A stretch of 64,000 bases of DNA, taken from positions 64,001-128,000 of the forward strand of contig DAHWNL010000078.1 of NCBI GenBank assembly GCA_027339965.1, read 5' to 3'. The DNA is from Granulicella sp. (GTDB lineage Bacteria; Acidobacteriota; Terriglobia; Terriglobales; Acidobacteriaceae). Position numbers and translations under genes: made by a program. This document shows positions 29,236 to 38,937 of this stretch, one piece after another (position 1 is the stretch's first letter; the number at the start of each line of letters is the position of its first letter). The notes below the pieces were generated by a model. The model was not told the origin of the DNA, did not search any database, and saw nothing but the letters and a program-made list of their open reading frames with translations.

Positions 29236-30460
29236 GTTTCCTCTCTTCTTCGGAATCGGTCTTCCGAGAGCTTGGCGGATAATCCGGCAATGTGATCTCA
29301 GGATGGGAGTCCAACTGTCCGATTAACGGCCGGATGTACTCGAAATATGGCTCCCCAAGTGGAACGTCGCCATCTCGAATCCACTCCTCAGGGATTGGAC
29401 GCTCGATGCCCGCAACCTCGATCAGCGGAACGAGATCGTATCTTCCGGTCTCGGTGCTCTGCAGCGGCCGCAGCGATACCATCCGCTCGGAGACTCCGGC
29501 AAGCACAGCCTGCACTCCCGCTCGGCCTACCAGCTCCGCATCCGCACGATCCTGGCTCGCAACATGTTGCATCGACGATCGCCCCAGCAGGCCGGGCTTT
29601 TCGCTTCGGCAGCGCAACTTGAGATGCTGGGCCACCCGATCGGCCAGGTACTGCGCAACTCCCCCCGTAATGGATCGCTTCAGTGCGTCAGCCTGAGCCG
29701 GATCCTCTACCTCATAGACCATGCGCCCCCGCGCGTCGCGAAGACCTTCCGCAGCTACGACCACACACCACCCGCTCCGCGTCACGCAGCCGTCCACCCG
29801 CGCCAAAAATTGATCCAGCACCAAAGGCCTTTCCGGCAGAAGAACGATATGCGGGGCTTCGTCCTCATCTTGCTTGGTTGCTGCAGCCGCAGCCGCCAGC
29901 CATCCTACGCTGCGTCCCATCGTCTCAAGGATTGAGACGGGCTGCGGCATGGAGCGAACGTCCGCCGCAAGGTCGCAGGTCGCCTGGGCGATGTACCGGG
30001 CGGCGCTTGCATAACCCGGGGAGCGGTTCGTCCTCTCCAGATCATTGTCCACCGTCTTCGGCACGCCAACAATCCGAATCACTCGGCCTGCCTTCCGGGC
30101 GCAATCGGCGAGCAGACCTGCGGCATGCATGGTTCCATTCCCTCCAATTACCAGAACGTCACTCACCCGCAGGCGTTCCAGGTGCCGTACGATCGCTGTA
30201 AGATCCTCTGCCTTCAACGGATAGCGAGATGCACCCAAGGTTGCTCCGGGCGAGCCTCGCAGGACGCGAAGATCTTGTAGGGAAAGACCGGTCAAGTCAG
30301 CCACTTGCCCCTGAGCTAGTCCTCTCATAGCCGAGCGGGCACCCAGGATTCGCCGGAAGGCCCCTGATCCGCGCGCTTCTTCCACAATGGATGCCAGTGT
30401 GGCATTCAGTACCGGCGTGGGTCCACCGGCCTGCACCACCAAGATGTTGCGCTCCGCCAT
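29219..30460 (-). CDS. PfkA-family phosphofructokinase (candidate sulfofructose kinase)
   Basis: QAGGPTPVLN, LGASR, IGGNGT, PKTVDNDL, ETMGRSVGWL, LLPE. Confidence 0.85.
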   Translation of the reverse strand: MAERNILVVQAGGPTPVLNATLASIVEEARGSGAFRRILGARSAMRGLAQGQVADLTGLSLQDLRVLRGSPGATLGASRYPLKAEDLTAIVRHLERLRVSDVLVIGGNGTMHAAGLLADCARKAGRVIRIVGVPKTVDNDLERTNRSPGYASAARYIAQATCDLAADVRSMPQPVSILETMGRSVGWLAAAAAATKQDEDEAPHIVLLPERPLVLDQFLARVDGCVTRSGWCVVVAAEGLRDARGRMVYEVEDPAQADALKRSITGGVAQYLADRVAQHLKLRCRSEKPGLLGRSSMQHVASQDRADAELVGRAGVQAVLAGVSERMVSLRPLQSTETGRYDLVPLIEVAGIERPIPEEWIRDGDVPLGEPYFEYIRPLIGQLDSHPEITLPDYPPSSRKTDSEEERKHVIQS

Positions 30461-30542
30461 GTGGGCTTTGCCTCCGCTGCGCTAAAGGCCCCTGATGTTA
30501 TCTTTAAAGAGCCGAAGAAAGTTGAAGTAGCACGTTTCGGCA

Positions 30543-30572
30543 AGACTATGATCGATTGTTATCGATTGTCAA
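30543..30572 (-). promoter_or_regulatory. sigma70 promoter of the sulfoglycolytic operon with tandem ACAATCGAT operator
   Basis: Minus strand TTGACA-N18-TAGTCT; ACAATCGAT occurs twice at a 10-bp period, overlapping the -35 box and the spacer. Confidence 0.7.
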
Positions 30573-30982
30573 GCCAACAGCGCGCCGTGGCGAGATCGTC
30601 GAACTCACCACAGATGCTCAAGTAGCCGCATCTTACGGTCATTCTTCCCTGCCTCGCCTGACTCCTGCAGAACAGAGCAACCTCTACCAACTGGACGGAC
30701 CCGGAGTTCACTCCTCGCTCGCCTGAAACGACCTGCTGCTGACAGGGGATTACCCCGGCCACGCACTGCGGCCTTCGCAGGAGCAGAACCTGGCGACACC
30801 TCAAATACGACACCACGGCCCATAGATCGGCTCCTCCAGCGGGCTCCGTTCTCAGCCTACGGCCCGGCAGAAGCGGAACCTCCACTGTGGCGCAGGAACA
30901 TACAGGGACGTGAGCGCCACAAAGCCATTTCACACCCCCACCCTTGCGCCAGCCAAGGCAATACGACTTCGCGGCCTCTTGC

Positions 30983-32026
30983 TTACGGAGGACCGGCGAC
31001 CAGTCTACCGCCGACTCCACAACCACAGGATTGCCGAATCACCAGACGGGCCTGTAAAACGATCCTCCGGGAAGGCAAGGCGTGATCGCCCTTGAGTCGC
31101 TCAAAGAGCAGCCGCGCACTCTCCCTGCCCAGAGAGTCAGAAGGCTGCTGCACAACCGACAGTCCCGGCGTCAGCATCTCGCCCAGATCGAAATCGTCAA
31201 AGGAAATCAACGCGATGTCACGGCCAGCGGAGATCCCCAGATCGCGAAGGCCTCGCAGAACATGCTGCGTAGTGACCCAATTCAAGGAAAAGATGGCCTC
31301 CGCTGTTTCTCCTCGGAACATCTCCTCTTCCAGCCATTTTGCGGTCAACAAACTTTCATGCTTGACGAAGCACTCTCTCGCCTCTAAGCCCGATTGAGCC
31401 ATGCTCCTGCGATATCCCGCTACGCGTTCTTTCGAAGTGTAAAGATAGGGCCGCGTACCGACCGCGACAATCCTTCGATACCCGTGGGCAATCATATGCT
31501 TCGTCGCCTCAGAGGCGCTTTGGCGGTTGGTGATGATGACGGAGTCAAAGTCAGTGCCGCGGACAAGTTGGTCGAACGTCACGGTGGGGATATTCGCCGG
31601 CAACAGATGACTTGACAGTCTTGGACCGCTGCTCGCCGGGGCAATGATCAAGCCGTCAATTCTGCGCCGTACGAGACTTTCAATCTCAGCGCTCTCTACC
31701 TCCGGCTGGCCTTCTGAGCTTGTGATGATGAGGACATAGCCGTTCGCGCGCGCGACCTGCTGAACGGCTTTGATCACCTCGATCACAAATGGATTTGCAA
31801 GGTTGGCGACAATAATACCGATTGTGCCTGATTTACGCGTCATCAGGCTCCGAGCCAGCTCATTCGGGCGGTAGCCTAGCCGCGCCATAACGGCCTGGAC
31901 TTTGCTTACCTTTTCCTGGCGGACGTTCGATGCCCCATTCAGAACGCGCGAAGCGGTTTTGAGAGAGACGCGCGCCTCACGAGCAACATCTGCCAGGGTG
32001 GGCGCCCGCTTGTTCCGTATAGGCAT
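30983..32026 (-). CDS. LacI-family transcriptional regulator
   Basis: PTLADVAREARVSLKTASRVLN, YRPNELARSL, ISFDD. Confidence 0.93.
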   Translation of the reverse strand: MPIRNKRAPTLADVAREARVSLKTASRVLNGASNVRQEKVSKVQAVMARLGYRPNELARSLMTRKSGTIGIIVANLANPFVIEVIKAVQQVARANGYVLIITSSEGQPEVESAEIESLVRRRIDGLIIAPASSGPRLSSHLLPANIPTVTFDQLVRGTDFDSVIITNRQSASEATKHMIAHGYRRIVAVGTRPYLYTSKERVAGYRRSMAQSGLEARECFVKHESLLTAKWLEEEMFRGETAEAIFSLNWVTTQHVLRGLRDLGISAGRDIALISFDDFDLGEMLTPGLSVVQQPSDSLGRESARLLFERLKGDHALPSRRIVLQARLVIRQSCGCGVGGRLVAGPP

Positions 32027-32286
32027 CTCGTTTTTACCCATCTCCCAGCTTGCCACATCCCAGCCCAGCATCCATGCTGCGCTTCTTTCAAATCCGGCTG
32101 CCAGAGCAAAGCCTTTTGTCCGTCAACAGGCTAGCACAAGAAAGATCAACGACATCGCAAACGATCTTCGTCCAACAAATTACCTGACTCCTGTCAGACT
32201 GAAATGCTTCTTTGCGGACTTGCGGGCACCCTGTGACACGCCATCAAGGAACGGAAGTCAGTACGAAAGGCTTTGAAAGTTCTATC

Positions 32287-32343
32287 TTGACAAACGCAAC
32301 GCTGGCTGCATAGCATTTTGTCGGATTCGTGACAGCGCTGTCA
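32287..32343 (+). promoter_or_regulatory. sigma70 promoter plus LacI-type operator for the TonB-receptor operon
   Basis: TTGACA (32287)-N18-TAGCAT, followed by the perfect palindrome TGACAGCGCTGTCA (32330-32343) with the LacI-type central GCGC. Confidence 0.8.
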
Positions 32344-32610
32344 ATCTTATTTGACGGACAAAGCTCCTCTCTCCCGGAGAAGAAATAAGGAGGGTGAGTT
32401 TTTCGCAACTGCCTCATCAGCGCAAGACCGTTTTGACCCATTCGCGCAAGCCGGGTGGCCTTGCTGAACGACCATCCTTCGCCCGGGAAGGCTAGCGGTC
32501 TGTGAATACCCGAGGATTCCCCCTGAGGCTTCTCCTTCAGAGTTCTCAGGGGTCTGTATGAGAAATCTCAATGCCGGGCAAGCGCGGCAGGGGGCCGTAG
32601 GAGGAACACA

Positions 32611-35600
32611 ATGAGCCATGGAAAATCCCAACACTCAGCGTTTCGACCAATGGTTGGAAACCTATGCTGGCAATCTCATCTCCTTTATCTTGCAGTACTC
32701 GCACTACTGACGCTGCCGCTGGTAACGCCAGTCTGTGGGCAGGAGTTTCGCGCTACGATTACCGGCGAGGTGCAAGATCCATCAGGCGCCGTCATTCAGA
32801 ACGCGAAGGTCACGGCGGTCAATGTTGACACCAAGGTCTCCGCCTCGGCAAAAACAGATACCCGGGGCGTCTATTCGCTGCTTTATCTGCTGCCTGGAAC
32901 CTATACCGTTACAGCTACGGCACCGCGCTTTCAAACCGAAGTTTACAACCGCGTCCGTCTGGATTCAGCCCAACAATTGGGTCTCAACCTGACCCTGAAG
33001 CCTGGCAGCGTCTCTCAGCAGGTGGTGGTGACAGAAGGATCTGTTGAACTGGATACCGTCTCTGCCAGCACCGGGGGCGTCCTGGACCAATTGAAGGTGG
33101 AAAACATGCCAACCGTCGGCCTGATGGTCTGGGATGACGTGGTTTTGACCCAGGGCATCAGCTACTCCAATAATGGAGGGCTGTTTAACCTCACTCTTCG
33201 GAACAACTCCGACAGCTATGCGGCTGCCGGAGCACAGACCGACGAAAATGCCTTTTTTGTCAATGGAGTTCCTGTAAGCGATCAAGGAAGCTGGTACATC
33301 ACTCCCAACATGGCGTCGGTGCAACAGATGCAATCCAGCGTCATGCCCTACGATGCACAATATGGGAGGACCGGGGGCGCTGTATTCAACGCCAACGTCA
33401 AGGACGGAACCAACGAGTACCATGGAGCGGTTTACGACTACTACGGCAACTCCGCCTTGAATGCGAATACCTGGGAGAATAACCTGACTGGAATCCGCAA
33501 GCCCATTAACACCCGTGACACATGGGGCGCCCAGACCGGCGGACCGATCCGTAAAGACAAGACTTTCTTCTTTGGCTCCTACGAGCAATTCGACCAGCAT
33601 GAACCGATGGACGTGACGTCTACCGTGCCGACTGCAGCAGAGGCCGGCGGAGACTTCTCCGGGAGCGGCTACACCATCTACGATCCCAATTCGACCGCGT
33701 GCATCAAGAAGAGCGCATCCGGCGGCTGCACTACGTATGGAAGAACCGAGTTTCCTAACGACACCATCCCTGCCGGCGAGATCAGTCCTATTGGCAAGGC
33801 CATTATTGGCTTGTTTCCCAAGCCAAACAACTCAGCCATCCTGGACAACTACATCGTGGCCGCCCCCAACATCTATGGATACACGCAGTTCATCGGCCGA
33901 GTAGATCAAAACTTTTCGCAGAATACCCGCATGTATGGAGTATTTTTATACCAATATAACGATGACACCACGGGCGGTAACGGGTTTCCAGGCCTCGGAT
34001 GGGACGGGGCCCACGACACCGGCACCGACTACACTGGCATTCTGGACTGGACCCATATCTTTTCGCCAAACCTGGTTGCTGATTTGAAGGCTGGATACAC
34101 GCGTGACTCCTCGATGAATGAAAATGGAGTGACCGTGAGCCAAAATTTCACCGCCGGCAAGGTGGGTCTCACGGACCCCGCGGTGGCAACCTCCTCGCTC
34201 GGGATCATGCCGGAGATTTTTATGACCGATGCGACACAGATCTTCGGCAATACGGACAACGGGAAAATGGATGCCGATGCGGACTTTTCCGGAAGCATCA
34301 CCCAGCTTCTCGGTCGCCATAGCCTGCACTACGGGGCTGAATTTGAGGATGTCCAAGCGGCCCCCACCGGTGTCCTGGGAGATCCCTACGGAAGCTTCAC
34401 CTTCAATTCCGCCTTCTCCCAGGAAAACCCCACGCAACCCGTCGTAGGCGAGGGCAACGAGTTTGCCGATCTACTCCTCGGTTACCCAGCCTCGGGCGGT
34501 GTCAACTGGGATGAACCGACCTTTGTCACCGTCCACTACTACGCCCTGTTTGTCCAGGATGAATACCACGCTCTTCCCAACCTGACCTTGAATCTCGGCT
34601 TGCGCTGGGATGTTGAATTGTCACCACGAGACCGCCATAACCGCATCAACGCGGGCTTTTGCCTTACCTGCACCAACCCCCTCACCAATTCTGTCAACTT
34701 TGCCAATGCCCCTGATCTCTCCAGCCCGTTATTGGGCGGACTTCAGTTTGCCGGAGTGAATGGAGAGCCAAGCACGCCCTTTGCCGTGCAATGGAACAAC
34801 TGGCAGCCCAGAATCGGCTTTAGCTGGCAACCCATAGCCAATACCGTCATTCGCGGCGGCTTCGGACTGTATTACCCGTGGGAGACCCCGGACGTTGATG
34901 ATATCGGCTTCAGCCAAACGACGCCCTTCACGCCAACGCTCGACAACCCTAACCCGTATACTCCCGACAACTACTTCAACTCCGGCACACCGTATCCGGA
35001 CGGCGCCACAGCTCCCACCGGATCTTCGCTTGGCCTGGAAACCGACGCAGGCGACGGCATCTCGTACAATGACCTGAACCGCCAGTTGCGCCGAACCCAA
35101 CACTGGTCTTTTGGCGTGCAGCGTGCCTTGCCTGCCGGCATGGTGCTCGATGTTGAGTATCTGGGCACCCAAGTCCAGCATGTCCCCGTGAATATCCCTC
35201 TAGGCATCATCTCAACTGCCTTACAACAGGCCTGCTATGCGGACCTCTCCCAGTGCGAAACACTGGTGAAGAACCCGTTTTTTGGAGTGTTACCCAGAAA
35301 CACTCCATTGGGCGCCTCTCCAAGGATTCCTGATTGGGAGCTGAAGCGAGGCTATCCTCTCTTCGACGGTGTCACCGAAGAAAGGGTTCCTTCGGGAAGC
35401 ACTCACTACAACTCTCTCAATGTACGCGTGGAAAGTCGCGTAAAGAAGTTTGATTTCATCTTCAATTACATCTACTCCAACTGGATGGATAGAGATGCCT
35501 ATCTCAATGCAGGCGACTTCATTTACCCGGACTATCTCATCAGCGAGCTCGATAGCAACGATAGAAGAAACTCTTTGAACACGGACGCGGTTCTACCCGT

Positions 35601-36111
35601 ACCTGGCCTCAGACGCGGCGGACCGGTCGTGCGATATTTCACCAAGGACTGGCTCTTCGATTCTCTCCTGCTGTGGCAGACCGGCGCTCCTGTTGGCCTG
35701 CCCTCAGGCACCTTTAACTTTGGCGCACCTGGCTGCGCCAGCTATTCGCCTCCCGGAGGCCAAACTCGTGCCCACTGGTTCAACAACAATCCAGGCTGTT
35801 GGACGCCCCTCGCCGACTGGCAGGCTCGGACGACTCCGCCAGAGCTGGGTTATATACGCGCTCCAGGCTTCATTCAATGGAATCCATCGATCAATCGAGT
35901 CTTCCCTCTTCCTCGTCAAGGCATGTATCTTCAGTTCCGGTTGGAGGCGTTGAACGGCTCCAACCATCCCACTTGGCGCGAGCCCAGCACGGATATTGCC
36001 GACAAGCCTACCTTTTCGCCCAGAACCAGCTGGACCGGCCTGGGAACCCTGCCGAACTCTCAAGGAAACACACCGCGGCAAATCATTGCGTCGGTCAAGA
36101 TCGTCTTCTAA
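32611..36111 (+). CDS. TonB-dependent receptor (Oar-like, N-terminal carboxypeptidase-regulatory-like domain)
   Basis: QEFRATITGEVQDPSGAVI, YDAQYGRTGG, LNLGLRWD, QPRIGFSW, C-terminal PRQIIASVKIVF. Confidence 0.92.
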   Translation: MSHGKSQHSAFRPMVGNLCWQSHLLYLAVLALLTLPLVTPVCGQEFRATITGEVQDPSGAVIQNAKVTAVNVDTKVSASAKTDTRGVYSLLYLLPGTYTVTATAPRFQTEVYNRVRLDSAQQLGLNLTLKPGSVSQQVVVTEGSVELDTVSASTGGVLDQLKVENMPTVGLMVWDDVVLTQGISYSNNGGLFNLTLRNNSDSYAAAGAQTDENAFFVNGVPVSDQGSWYITPNMASVQQMQSSVMPYDAQYGRTGGAVFNANVKDGTNEYHGAVYDYYGNSALNANTWENNLTGIRKPINTRDTWGAQTGGPIRKDKTFFFGSYEQFDQHEPMDVTSTVPTAAEAGGDFSGSGYTIYDPNSTACIKKSASGGCTTYGRTEFPNDTIPAGEISPIGKAIIGLFPKPNNSAILDNYIVAAPNIYGYTQFIGRVDQNFSQNTRMYGVFLYQYNDDTTGGNGFPGLGWDGAHDTGTDYTGILDWTHIFSPNLVADLKAGYTRDSSMNENGVTVSQNFTAGKVGLTDPAVATSSLGIMPEIFMTDATQIFGNTDNGKMDADADFSGSITQLLGRHSLHYGAEFEDVQAAPTGVLGDPYGSFTFNSAFSQENPTQPVVGEGNEFADLLLGYPASGGVNWDEPTFVTVHYYALFVQDEYHALPNLTLNLGLRWDVELSPRDRHNRINAGFCLTCTNPLTNSVNFANAPDLSSPLLGGLQFAGVNGEPSTPFAVQWNNWQPRIGFSWQPIANTVIRGGFGLYYPWETPDVDDIGFSQTTPFTPTLDNPNPYTPDNYFNSGTPYPDGATAPTGSSLGLETDAGDGISYNDLNRQLRRTQHWSFGVQRALPAGMVLDVEYLGTQVQHVPVNIPLGIISTALQQACYADLSQCETLVKNPFFGVLPRNTPLGASPRIPDWELKRGYPLFDGVTEERVPSGSTHYNSLNVRVESRVKKFDFIFNYIYSNWMDRDAYLNAGDFIYPDYLISELDSNDRRNSLNTDAVLPVPGLRRGGPVVRYFTKDWLFDSLLLWQTGAPVGLPSGTFNFGAPGCASYSPPGGQTRAHWFNNNPGCWTPLADWQARTTPPELGYIRAPGFIQWNPSINRVFPLPRQGMYLQFRLEALNGSNHPTWREPSTDIADKPTFSPRTSWTGLGTLPNSQGNTPRQIIASVKIVF

Positions 36112-36359
36112 CCAGGAACAAACGGGCCAATCCGCCGGCTGGAGATCATGAATCTAAGGCCATGCGGGCACCAAACGTCGGGCACATCAACTCGTCTTGA
36201 AGGAAAAAGGAACGGATTCTCGTTCTCTTCCCGGGAGGGTCAACCGTAACGCTTAGCGGAAGTACATTCAATCCGCTGCGCGTCAATTGCCGTGCTGATC
36301 ATCTGCCGCATCTTTCAAGTTTTTGCTTACCCGCTTCATCTGCTCCGAGGATCGACACC

Positions 36360-38612
36360 ATGTCTTCATCTCTGCTTTCATTCCGCGTAAAATTCTTCCC
36401 CGCGAAGCTGCTCCAGACATTGCTTGTGCTCATCTGCTGTCCATCCCTTTCCAGCGCCCAGCAGCACTACCAGTACCCTTTTCAAAATCCGGATGTGCCT
36501 ACCGAGCAACGCATCACCGATCTGCTCTCCCGGATGACGCTCGATGAAAAGATTGACATGCTCAGCAATGAGGCTCTCTCCGCGGGCATGATGTCTTCGA
36601 GCGATGTTCCTCGTCTTGGAGTTGTGGGAACGGGACATATCGAGGGCTTGCACGGCGTGTCTCTGGGCGGCCCTGGCCACTGGCAAGGAGCCGGTAAAAC
36701 AGTGATCCCCTCCACGCAATTTCCGCAATCGCGCGGCCTGGGGCAAACCTGGGATCCGGCCCTCCTGGAGCAGGCAGGCGGCGTGGAGGGGTTTGAAGCC
36801 CGCTATATCACTGGACGCTATCATCGCGGCGGGCTCATCGTGCGCGCTCCCAACGCTGATTTAGCGCGCGATCCTCGCTGGGGACGGAGTGAGGAGTCCT
36901 ACGGCGAGGATCCTTATGAGACCGGCACGATGGCCGCAGCTTACGTAAAAGGTTTGCAGGGCAATAATCCGCATTACCTGCTCTCCGCCTCGCTCCTGAA
37001 GCATTTCCTCGCTAACAGCAATGAGAATGGACGAACCAACGGCTCGTCGAACTTTGATGAACAACTCTTCCGCGAATACTATTCGGTTCCCTTCCGCATG
37101 GCCATCGAGCAGGCCCATGCCTCAGGATTTATGACCGCCTATAACGCCTGGAACGGGATTCCCATGGCAGTGCAGCCGGTCCTCAAGAATGTGGTCATCA
37201 AAGAGTGGGGATTTGACGGCATCATTTGTTCGGATGGCGGCGCGATTACCAATCTGGTGACGCAGCACCACTACTACAAGACTCTGCCGGAGGCCATTGC
37301 AGGCGCCGTTCATGCGGGCGTCAACGAGTTCATCGATAACTATGCCAGGACCACGCAGGCGACCCGTGAGGCAGTTGCAGAGGGCTTGCTGACCGAGCCG
37401 GATATCGACACCGATCTGCGCGGCCTGATCCGGGTGATGATCCGGCTCGGACTGCTGGATCCCGCAAGCCACGTTCCATATTCAGGAATCGGTATCTCGG
37501 ATGTGGATCCCGCAAAGGGCGATCCTTGGTACTGGCAGTCGCACAAGGATTTGGCCCGCAAGGCCACGGATGAGTCCATTGTTCTGCTGAAGAATGACCA
37601 TGGGATGCTTCCGCTTGACGCCGGCAAGCTCAAATCGATCGCAGTCATTGGTCCCGATGCGGACAAGGTGCTGGAGGATCTTTACGGCGGAACGCCGCCC
37701 TACGCCGTCAGTCCACTTGACGGCATCCGCCGACGCGCCGGATCCGCTGTAACCGTCAACTTTGCCTCAGGTGCCGATCTGGATGAAGCCAAAGAGCTGG
37801 CACAGCAGTCCGATGTAGCTGTCGTGATCATCGGCAACAGTCCGGCCTGTGGAGGTACGGGATGGCATCACTGTAACCTGCCGAGCGAGGGCCATGAGGG
37901 TGTGGACCGCACTTCGTTATCGCTCGAACAGGAAGAGATTGCAAAAGCCGTGTTTGCGGCCAATCCGCATACCATCGTTGTCCTCAATGCAAGCTTTCCG
38001 TATACGACTACATGGTCACAACAACACGTTCCGGCGATCCTCGAGATGACCCATGGAAGTCAGGAAGAGGGGAATGGATTGGCCGACGTTCTGTTCGGGG
38101 ACTACGATCCGGCCGGCCGGCTCACGGAAACCTGGGTGGCTTCCATGGATCAGCTGCCGCCCATGAAGGATTACGACCTTCGCCACGGACGGACCTACAT
38201 GTATCTGCGCCAGAAGCCGCTCTACCCGTTTGGTTACGGGCTGAGCTACACGACCTTCCGGTATTCGAAGCTGCACATCAGTTCCATGACCTTGCACTCT
38301 GGCGGCACTGTCAACGTCAAGGTGGATGTAAGCAACATCGGTCAACGTGCCGGTGATGAGGTGGTTCAGCTCTACGTGACCCACCTCAATTCCAAGATCG
38401 AGCGGCCGATTCAACAGCTCAACGGCTTTGATCGCATTCATCTTGCTCCCGGTGAAACCAGGACCGTGAGCCTGACGCTCACCGCCAATTCCCTGCGTTA
38501 TTGGGATGACACGGCCAGCCGTTGGGTGCTGGAGCCGGATCAGGTAGAGATTCGAGTCGGCGCTTCCTCAGAGGATATTCGCGCCAGGCAAACAATCCAT
38601 GTCGTCCCATAA
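36360..38612 (+). CDS. GH3 beta-glucosidase/beta-xylosidase with Fn3-like domain
   Basis: RDPRWGRSEESYGEDP, LKHF, MTAYN, GIICSDGG, IVLLKN, YPFGYGLSYT. Confidence 0.93.
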   Translation: MSSSLLSFRVKFFPAKLLQTLLVLICCPSLSSAQQHYQYPFQNPDVPTEQRITDLLSRMTLDEKIDMLSNEALSAGMMSSSDVPRLGVVGTGHIEGLHGVSLGGPGHWQGAGKTVIPSTQFPQSRGLGQTWDPALLEQAGGVEGFEARYITGRYHRGGLIVRAPNADLARDPRWGRSEESYGEDPYETGTMAAAYVKGLQGNNPHYLLSASLLKHFLANSNENGRTNGSSNFDEQLFREYYSVPFRMAIEQAHASGFMTAYNAWNGIPMAVQPVLKNVVIKEWGFDGIICSDGGAITNLVTQHHYYKTLPEAIAGAVHAGVNEFIDNYARTTQATREAVAEGLLTEPDIDTDLRGLIRVMIRLGLLDPASHVPYSGIGISDVDPAKGDPWYWQSHKDLARKATDESIVLLKNDHGMLPLDAGKLKSIAVIGPDADKVLEDLYGGTPPYAVSPLDGIRRRAGSAVTVNFASGADLDEAKELAQQSDVAVVIIGNSPACGGTGWHHCNLPSEGHEGVDRTSLSLEQEEIAKAVFAANPHTIVVLNASFPYTTTWSQQHVPAILEMTHGSQEEGNGLADVLFGDYDPAGRLTETWVASMDQLPPMKDYDLRHGRTYMYLRQKPLYPFGYGLSYTTFRYSKLHISSMTLHSGGTVNVKVDVSNIGQRAGDEVVQLYVTHLNSKIERPIQQLNGFDRIHLAPGETRTVSLTLTANSLRYWDDTASRWVLEPDQVEIRVGASSEDIRARQTIHVVP

Positions 38613-38937
38613 GACGCGCCGCCTCCACTCTCAAAAGGGAGGCCAGGAAGTCTCCTCCTTGGACTCAAAGGCTGCTCTTCGCCCTCGGGCCATCTTGGAA
38701 TCCATTGCGCTCTGGTGAGCAAAGTCTCTTGCGACAGCACGCCGGTAGCCCAGAACAGCATCCGTCTTGGCCATCTCATGGAGGTGTGCTCTTGAGGTAA
38801 CATCGGATTAGCATAGGCTCCTCTGGAACTCTGGATGCTTCCATGCTTGCTGCATCCGTCACGTCCTTCAGAAATCCATCGGCATTGTCGTCCTCAACGC
38901 ATCGCGGACTGCAATTGCAAACCTGCAAGGTGTCTTT

